Made by a program: the position numbers and the translations under genes
From: Alphaproteobacteria bacterium
GTDB taxonomy: Bacteria; Pseudomonadota; Alphaproteobacteria; MPNO01; UBA830
Length of the DNA: 64,000 nt
Reading direction: 5' to 3'
Assembly (NCBI GenBank): GCA_965243135.1
Contig: OZ251539.1
Span: 4,608,001-4,672,000 of the forward strand
Notes under the pieces: model-generated
Databases searched by the model: none
The model's input: the letters and a program-made list of their open reading frames with translations, nothing else
Told to the model about the DNA's origin: nothing
In this document: piece by piece, positions 57,622 to 64,000 of the stretch
Numbering within the stretch: the first letter of the stretch is position 1
Layout of the letters: every line of letters starts with the position of its first letter

Positions 57622-58869
57622 CTATATCGAGACGTTCCTGTATTCGGGCGCGCGCCAGCGTTCCGAAGCCAGAACGCTCTTGACGGTCTGCACGGCGTGC
57701 CAGACGTCTTCGTGGCTGTGATAGAGCGGACTCATGCCGAAACGGATGGAATCCGGACGGCGAAACGACGAAACCAGTCCGCAATCCGCCAGCGCTTCGC
57801 ACACCGAGCCGCCGCCGGGATGGCTGAAAGACACGTGGCCGCCGCGTTCCGCGTAATCGCGGGGAGAGGTCACGGCGACGCCGAGCGCGCCGCAGTCGGC
57901 GTCGAGCAGCGCGATGAGCGTTTCGGTGAGGGATTGGTGCTTGGCGGCGACGGTCCGGCGATCGGCGTCGCGCCAGATGTCCGCGGCCGCCGAGAACACC
58001 TCGTTGGCGACGACCTGGGGCGTGCCGGTGAGATGGCCGGCGATTCCGGCGGCCGGCTCGAATTCCGGGAGGAAGGCGTCCCGCTTCGCATGCCCCATCC
58101 ATCCCGCGATGGCGGGCCACGCGGCGCCCTGATGCGCCGGGTTGACGAACAGGAAGGCGGGACCGCCCGGGCCGCCGCAGAGATACTTGTAGCCGCACCC
58201 CACCGCGAAATCCGCCCCCGACAGGTCGATGTCCAGAGCGCCCGCCGAATGGGAAAGATCCCAGACGGTCAGCGCGTCGACCGCCCTGGCGCAGGCGTTG
58301 ACCTCCTGGATGTTCCAGCGTTCGCTCGATCGGTAATCGGTCTGGGTGAGGTAGAGGATCGCCACGTCGCGATCCAGCATGTCGAGAAGCTGCGAGCGGT
58401 TCTCCGCCGTTCGGACGGCGCCCTCGGCGCCGAGATCCCGGAGCAGGCGCAAGAACCCCTGCGCGACGTGCAGGTCGGTCGGGAAATTGTGCGTTTCCGT
58501 GAGGATCGCGTTGCCGCTGCCGCGTCGTTTCCAGGCGTAGCTGATGGCCTTGAACAGGTTGACCGTCGTGTTGTCGCAGACGATGACGTCGTCCGGGTCG
58601 GCGCCCAGCATGTGGGCGATGTTCGCGCCGAGGATGCGCGGCTTCTCCATCCAGTCCTCGGTCGCCCAGCAACGCCGTCCCTTGTTCCGCCAGCAATCCG
58701 TGAGGAGACGCGTCGTCCGGTCCGGCGCGTCCGCCGGCATGGCGCCCATGGAATTGGCGTCGAAGTGGATGTTTCCGGATTCGGGGAGCGCGAATTTCTC
58801 GCGAAGGCCGGCCAGAGGATCGCGGCGGTCCAGTTCGCGGCAGCCTTCGAGGGTGAGCGGAACGTCCAC
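57622..58869 (-). CDS. kynU: Kynureninase-like PLP enzyme
   Basis: LDRRDPL, ANSMG, NFPTD, WDLSHSAGA, GCGYKYLCGGPG.P, GWMGH, RGGHVS, RFGMSPLY. Confidence 0.85.
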   Translation of the reverse strand: MDVPLTLEGCRELDRRDPLAGLREKFALPESGNIHFDANSMGAMPADAPDRTTRLLTDCWRNKGRRCWATEDWMEKPRILGANIAHMLGADPDDVIVCDNTTVNLFKAISYAWKRRGSGNAILTETHNFPTDLHVAQGFLRLLRDLGAEGAVRTAENRSQLLDMLDRDVAILYLTQTDYRSSERWNIQEVNACARAVDALTVWDLSHSAGALDIDLSGADFAVGCGYKYLCGGPGGPAFLFVNPAHQGAAWPAIAGWMGHAKRDAFLPEFEPAAGIAGHLTGTPQVVANEVFSAAADIWRDADRRTVAAKHQSLTETLIALLDADCGALGVAVTSPRDYAERGGHVSFSHPGGGSVCEALADCGLVSSFRRPDSIRFGMSPLYHSHEDVWHAVQTVKSVLASERWRAPEYRNVSI

Positions 58870-58980
58870 GAGTCCGCCTCGCTTGATGTCGACGCCGCGA
58901 ATTTTCCATATCTGCAACTTTCTTGCAACGCGCCGCGGTCGCTTCGTATGATGCGGCTCCGTCACCGGAGAAACGGGACC

Positions 58981-61059
58981 ATGGACCGGGAAGCGAGACT
59001 GGCCGCCGACATCGGCGGGACCTTCACGGACGTCGTTCTCGACGCGCCGGCGGGACGTTTCGCGACCAAGGTGCTGACGACGCCGGGCGCGCCGGAACGC
59101 GGCGTCGTCGAGGGCGTCGAACGGGTTCTGCGGGAAAGCGGCGTCGCGGCGCGGGACGCGCGCATCTTCGTTCATGGAACGACGCTGGCGACCAATGCCC
59201 TGATCGAGCGCAAGGGAGCGAAAACGGCGTTCCTGACGACGGAAGGATTCCGGGACGTCCTCGAGACCGGTTTCGAGAAGCGGTTCGAACAGTACGACGT
59301 CTTCATGGACAAGCCGCCTCCGCTGGTGCCCCGCCCGCTGCGGCTTCCGGTCAGGGAGCGCGTCTCGGCGCGCGGGCGCGTCCTCGTGCCGCTGGACCGC
59401 GCTCAGGTGCGCGGCGTCGCCGCCGACCTCAGGGAGCGGGGCGTCGAGGCCGTAGCGGTCGGGCTGCTTCATGCCTACGCGTTCCCCGCCCACGAAAACC
59501 GCGTTCGAGAAATCCTTTCCGAAGAGCTTCCGGACGCGACGGTCTGCCTGTCGAGCGAGGTGTGTCCCGAAATCCGCGAGTACGAGCGGTTTTCCACGAC
59601 TTGCGCGAACGCCTACGTGCGCCCTCTCGTGTCCGGCTATCTGATCCGGTTGCGCGACATGCTGCGGGAACGCGGGATCGCCTGTCCGTTTTTCGCCATG
59701 GTGTCGGAGGGCGGCCTCACGACGCTCGAGAACGCGGCGCGGTTTCCGGTGCGCCTGGTCGAATCGGGCCCGGCCGGGGGAGCGATCATGGCCGGCCGCG
59801 TCGCGGAGGAATGCGGACTGGACGAGGCGCTCTCCTTCGATATGGGCGGAACGACGGCGAAGATCTGCTTCGTCGAAAACGGTCGTCCGCACCGCTCGCG
59901 ATCCCTCGAGGTCGCGCGGGCGTATCGCGGCCTGAAGGGGAGCGGCCTGCCGCTTCGCGTGCCGACGGTCGAACTGACGGAGATCGGCGCTGGCGGCGGG
60001 TCGATCGCCGGCGTGGACGGGACCGGCCGGATCCGCGTCGGACCCGAGAGCTCCGGCTCCGATCCGGGCCCGGCCTGCTACGGCCGCGGAGGCCGGCGGG
60101 CGACCGTAACCGACGCCAATCTGGTTTTGGGGAAGCTCGATCCGGATCGTTTCGCGGACGGAGCGATCGCGCTGAAGACGGACCTGGCGCGGGCCGCTCT
60201 GTCGCGCGACGTCGGCGAGCGCCTCGGACTCGAAGAGCTCTGGCCGGCCGCCGGGGTCGTCGAGATCGTGGAAGAGAACATGGCCAACGCCGCGCGCATC
60301 CACGCGATCGAACGGGGCAGGATCGTCGGACGCCACGCGATGGTGGCGTTCGGCGGCGCCGCGCCGCTTCATGCGGGACGGCTTGCCGAGAAACTGGGAA
60401 TCGCGCGCGTCGTCGTCCCGAAAGGAGCGGGCGTCGGATCGGCCATCGGATTCCTTCTGGCGCCGGTTTCCTACGAAGTCGCGCGCTCCCTTTCCGTCGA
60501 CCTGTCCCGGTTCGAGGCCGACCGCGTCAATGCGATGCTCGACGACATGCGAAGCGAAGCGGCGGCCGTCGTGGCCGGAGGCGCCGCGCCGGGAACCCGC
60601 TTTCTGACGGCCCGAAGCGTCGACCTGCGATACGCCGGGCAGGGGCACGAACTTGCGGTCGCGCTGGAGGACGGGCCGCTGGACGAACGGGAAGTCCGGA
60701 CGCTCAGGAACAGGTTCGAAACCCTCTACGCCGAGCTTTACGGACAGGCCATCCCGGACATGGACGTCAGGAGCGTGTCGTGGTCGGTCACCGTGTCTAC
60801 GGAGGCTCCGCTCGCGCCGGAGGCCGGAACGGAGACGGAAGTTCCGGCGGCGCCGAACGGCGTCCGCCGCGACCTCTACGACGCCGCGCAGGGAGAGATC
60901 GTCTCCTGCCGGGTTTACCCGAGGTCGAAACTGCCGGCCGGCGTCCGGATCGACGGTCCCGCGATCATTGCCGAAGAGCAGACCTCGACGGTCGTTCCGG
61001 CGAACTTCCACGCTTTCGTCAACGCGCCGGGCCACATCGTGATGGAAAGCAAGCGGTGA
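58981..61059 (+). CDS. Hydantoinase A / 5-oxoprolinase family subunit
   Basis: DIGGTFTD, HGTTLATNA, ESGPAGG, DMGGTT, IGAGGGS, PGPACY, AFGGA. Confidence 0.94.
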   Translation: MDREARLAADIGGTFTDVVLDAPAGRFATKVLTTPGAPERGVVEGVERVLRESGVAARDARIFVHGTTLATNALIERKGAKTAFLTTEGFRDVLETGFEKRFEQYDVFMDKPPPLVPRPLRLPVRERVSARGRVLVPLDRAQVRGVAADLRERGVEAVAVGLLHAYAFPAHENRVREILSEELPDATVCLSSEVCPEIREYERFSTTCANAYVRPLVSGYLIRLRDMLRERGIACPFFAMVSEGGLTTLENAARFPVRLVESGPAGGAIMAGRVAEECGLDEALSFDMGGTTAKICFVENGRPHRSRSLEVARAYRGLKGSGLPLRVPTVELTEIGAGGGSIAGVDGTGRIRVGPESSGSDPGPACYGRGGRRATVTDANLVLGKLDPDRFADGAIALKTDLARAALSRDVGERLGLEELWPAAGVVEIVEENMANAARIHAIERGRIVGRHAMVAFGGAAPLHAGRLAEKLGIARVVVPKGAGVGSAIGFLLAPVSYEVARSLSVDLSRFEADRVNAMLDDMRSEAAAVVAGGAAPGTRFLTARSVDLRYAGQGHELAVALEDGPLDEREVRTLRNRFETLYAELYGQAIPDMDVRSVSWSVTVSTEAPLAPEAGTETEVPAAPNGVRRDLYDAAQGEIVSCRVYPRSKLPAGVRIDGPAIIAEEQTSTVVPANFHAFVNAPGHIVMESKR

Positions 61060-62708
61060 CGGCCCTCGACGCCATTCGCCGGCAGGTGATGTGGAACCGG
61101 CTCGTCGCCGTGGTCGAGGAGCAGGCGCAGACCATTCTGCATACCGCCTTCGGCGCGGTGGTGCGCGAGGCGGGAGACCTCTCGGCCGGCATCTACGATC
61201 GGCGCGGCCGCATGATCGCGCAAGCGGTTACCGGAACGCCCGGGCACGTCAACACGATGGCGCGGGCCGTGGGGCATTTTCTCGAGCGCTTCCCGCTCCC
61301 GGAAATGGAGCCCGGCGACGCGTTCGTCACCAACGATCCATGGCTCGGAACCGGGCATCTGTTCGACTTCGTCGTCGTCTCGCCGGCATTCCATCAGGGG
61401 CGCGCCGTCGCCCTGTTCGCTTCGACCTGCCATGTCGTCGACGTGGGCGGCCGCGGCTTCACCGCCGAAGCGAGGTCGGTCTACGAAGAAGGGATCGCCG
61501 TCCCGCATATGAAGCTGCGGGATCGCGGCCGCCTCAACGAAGATCTGATGGCGATCCTGTCGGCGAACAGCCGGAATCCCGTCGAGGTCAGGGGCGACGT
61601 CCTGTCGCTGGTCGCCTGCAACGACAAGGGCCAGGAGCGGCTCCGCGACATGATGTCGGAGTTCGGGCTGACGGGGATCGACGCGCTCGCCGACCATATC
61701 GTCGACAGTTCGCGGGAGGCGATGATCGAAGCGATCCGCGCCGTTCCCAACGGCCGGTATCGGACGGAGATGGAGCTCGACGGCTACGAAGAACCGCTGT
61801 TCGTCAAGGCGGAAATGACGGTTTCGGACGCGGAAATCGCGGTCGACTACGCCGGCACTTCCAGGGCGTCCCGCTTCGGGATCAATTCTCCGTTCTGCTA
61901 CACGGAGGCGTATACCTGTTTCGGCATCAAATGCATCGTCGCTCCCGCCGTTCCGAACAACCACGGTTCGTTGAGCGCGTTGAGCGCGGTCGCGGAGGAA
62001 GGTTCGGCCGTCAATCCCGTCCGCCCGAGTCCCGTCACCGCCCGCCACGTCATCGGCCAGATGCTGCCGGACGTGGCGTTCGGCTGCCTTTCCCAGGCGC
62101 TGCCGGACGGGGTGCCGGCGGAGAGCGCGGGCAGCATATGGGTCCTGCCCTTCGCGGACGCAGGCGAAGGTCCGCGGTTCAACGTCATGAACGTCGGCAT
62201 GGGCGGCGTCGGCGCCCGGCCCGGCAAGGACGGATTGTCGGTGACGGCGTTTCCGAGCGGCGTCGGCGCGATACCGATCGAGGTGACGGAAGACGAGTCC
62301 CCTCTCGTCTTCAGGCGCAAGGAGCTTCTTCCGGATTCCGGAGGCCCCGGCAAGCATCGCGGAGGCCTGGGGCAAATCATCGAGATCGCGAACGCCGAGG
62401 GCTTTCCCTTCACCGTTTCGGCCGCCACGTTCGACCGCATGCGGAATCCGGCGCGCGGCCGCGACGGCGGCCGTCCGGGCGCGCGGGGAACCGCGCGCCT
62501 GGCGTCGGGGCGGGAATTCGCCGACAAGGCGGTTCATGCCGTTCCGCGAGGGGACAGCCTCGTCGTCACGTTGCCGGGCGGCGGCGGTTTGGGGGACCCT
62601 TGGGAAAGATCGGAGGACCTTGTGGCCTCGGATCTGCGCTCCGGCTACGTTTCGGCGGAAGGAGCGGAAAGGGATTACGGGCAACTTCAACGGGGAGAAA
62701 AACGATGA
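61056..62708 (+). CDS. Hydantoinase B / 5-oxoprolinase family subunit
   Basis: VREAGD.S, TNDPW.G.GH..D, HVVDVGG, EEG, DSGGPG..RGGLG, PGGGG.GDP. Confidence 0.94.
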   Translation: MTALDAIRRQVMWNRLVAVVEEQAQTILHTAFGAVVREAGDLSAGIYDRRGRMIAQAVTGTPGHVNTMARAVGHFLERFPLPEMEPGDAFVTNDPWLGTGHLFDFVVVSPAFHQGRAVALFASTCHVVDVGGRGFTAEARSVYEEGIAVPHMKLRDRGRLNEDLMAILSANSRNPVEVRGDVLSLVACNDKGQERLRDMMSEFGLTGIDALADHIVDSSREAMIEAIRAVPNGRYRTEMELDGYEEPLFVKAEMTVSDAEIAVDYAGTSRASRFGINSPFCYTEAYTCFGIKCIVAPAVPNNHGSLSALSAVAEEGSAVNPVRPSPVTARHVIGQMLPDVAFGCLSQALPDGVPAESAGSIWVLPFADAGEGPRFNVMNVGMGGVGARPGKDGLSVTAFPSGVGAIPIEVTEDESPLVFRRKELLPDSGGPGKHRGGLGQIIEIANAEGFPFTVSAATFDRMRNPARGRDGGRPGARGTARLASGREFADKAVHAVPRGDSLVVTLPGGGGLGDPWERSEDLVASDLRSGYVSAEGAERDYGQLQRGEKR

Positions 62709-63724
62709 AGACCGGATTGGTTACCGCGGTCGCCGCTGCCGCGGCCATAGCGGCGGGCGTTTCGGCCGGCGCGCAGGCGCAGAGTCTCAAGGCCGGACTC
62801 ATGCTCAAGAAGGGCTTTCCCGGCGCGGAGCCGGTGAACGGCATGTACGAATTCTTCGAAGCCGAGGTGGAAAAGGGCTCCGGCGGCAAGATCGGCATGG
62901 AGATCGTCTACGGCGGGGCCTTGGGGAAGCCCAACGAACGCCTGAACCAGGTCCGGCGCGGCATCATTCAGATGTCCGACGCTTCGGACGGGAATTACGC
63001 CTCCATCTACAAGGACATCCAGGTTCTCTCGATGCCCTATCTGTTTCCCGACGAGCGGACCGCATGGAATCTTCTGGACGGCTCCATCGGGAGCCGCATC
63101 GCCGAAGATCTGCGCAAGAAGACCGGCATTCGCGTTCTCGGATGGTGGGAGTCGGGCGGCTTCAAGCACTACAGCGCGAACCGCGCCATTCGGAAGCCCG
63201 ACGACATGAAGGGATTGAAGATGCGGGTGATGGCGCCGATCTTCGGCATCCCCGTCCTGACGCTGGGCGGGTCGGCGACGCCGATCGCGTTTCCCGAGCT
63301 GTACACCTCTTTGAGGACGGGCGTGGTCGACGGTCAGGACAATGCGGTCTGGGTCTTCAACCTGATCAAGCTGCACGAGGTTCAAAAGTTTCTGATGCTG
63401 GACGGCCACATTTATTCCTTCGGCCCTCTCGGCATCAACGATCGCTGGTTCAGCGGCCTGTCCGCCGACCTTCAGGCCGTCGTTCTCGACGCCGGGAAAA
63501 AGGCCGTGGCGTACAACCGCAGGGAGTCGCGGGCGGCCGAAGCCAGGAACGTCGCGCTGGCGAAGGAGAAAGGCGTGACGGTCATTCCCTTCACGGCGGA
63601 GATGAAGAAGGAGTTCGCCGACCGCGTCAGGCCCGCGGCGGTGAAGTGGCTGAAGGAAAACGTCGATACCCCTGCGCTCGTCGACGAGGTGATCGCGGAA
63701 GTCGCGAAGCTCTCGCGGCAATAG
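62705..63724 (+). CDS. dctP: TRAP transporter substrate-binding protein (DctP family)
   Basis: Signal peptide, MPYLF, DMKGLKMRV, ELYTSL.TGVVDGQDN. Confidence 0.92.
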   Translation: MKTGLVTAVAAAAAIAAGVSAGAQAQSLKAGLMLKKGFPGAEPVNGMYEFFEAEVEKGSGGKIGMEIVYGGALGKPNERLNQVRRGIIQMSDASDGNYASIYKDIQVLSMPYLFPDERTAWNLLDGSIGSRIAEDLRKKTGIRVLGWWESGGFKHYSANRAIRKPDDMKGLKMRVMAPIFGIPVLTLGGSATPIAFPELYTSLRTGVVDGQDNAVWVFNLIKLHEVQKFLMLDGHIYSFGPLGINDRWFSGLSADLQAVVLDAGKKAVAYNRRESRAAEARNVALAKEKGVTVIPFTAEMKKEFADRVRPAAVKWLKENVDTPALVDEVIAEVAKLSRQ

Positions 63725-63745
63725 CCGCGGGCGCGTCGCCCGGCC

Positions 63746-64000
63746 ATGACGGGCCGTCTGGAACGCGGCCTGCGCGCGGTCTGCGCGGCGGCGCTTCTCG
63801 CGCTGTTCGCGCTCGTCGTCGCGCAGGTCGCGCTCCGATACGGTTTCGGCTACACGCCGTTCTTCACGGAAGAGGTGGCCCGCTACATGCTCGTCTGGTC
63901 GGTGCTGGCGGGCGCCGCGGCGTCGGTCGACGCCCATATCCGGGTTCCGTTCGTGCCGGATCTTCTGAGGCCCGCCGCGCGGCGGGCCTGGATGCTGGCG
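63746..64000 (+). CDS. dctQ: TRAP transporter small permease (DctQ), 3' truncated by window edge
   Basis: QVALRY, TEEVARYMLVW, HIRV. Confidence 0.85.
   Translation, partial: MTGRLERGLRAVCAAALLALFALVVAQVALRYGFGYTPFFTEEVARYMLVWSVLAGAAASVDAHIRVPFVPDLLRPAARRAWMLA

Noticed and set aside
34309-62690. Very long antisense or alternative-frame ORFs (e.g. 34309..37374, 38747..41131, 49296..52601, 60915..62690)
   Set aside because: They shadow well-supported genes and have Arg/Ala/Pro-rich composition typical of high-GC off-frames
1-64000. CRISPR array, rRNA, prophage or integron
   Set aside because: No regularly spaced repeats, rRNA-like sequence, phage structural genes or integrase were seen

Overview
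GC-rich chromosomal segment, most likely from an alphaproteobacterium (petABC, hemE-hemH-hemJ-rho, ppsR-maf-aroE-coaE-dnaQ and MoxR/DUF58/DUF4159 gene order). It contains a probable replication origin upstream of hemE (~46.5-46.9 kb). Housekeeping blocks alternate with accessory modules. (1) A decayed island at ~7-15.8 kb holds a fully bounded IS4-family element whose transposase carries an N-terminal DUF4338/DruA-like domain, a BrnT pseudogene followed by a BrnA-like/sacsin-ATPase fusion fragment, two oppositely oriented halves of an ISKra4-like transposase flanking an ATPase-less metal uptake operon with a Zur-like box, and an hsdR fragment. (2) A 4-chlorobenzoate-CoA-ligase-like gene lies divergent from a UbiD decarboxylase. 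(3) A strongly divergent PaaABCD-like diiron oxygenase cluster has a split PaaD, no reductase, and is interrupted by a SWIM-SNF2 helicase. (4) Downstream of tRNA-Glu is a kynureninase plus a double-CDGSH/cupin fusion, divergent from hydantoinase/oxoprolinase A/B and TRAP genes. The best candidates for undescribed biology are (3), (4), (2) and the DUF4338-IS4 element. All family assignments come from motif recognition by eye; no searches were run.
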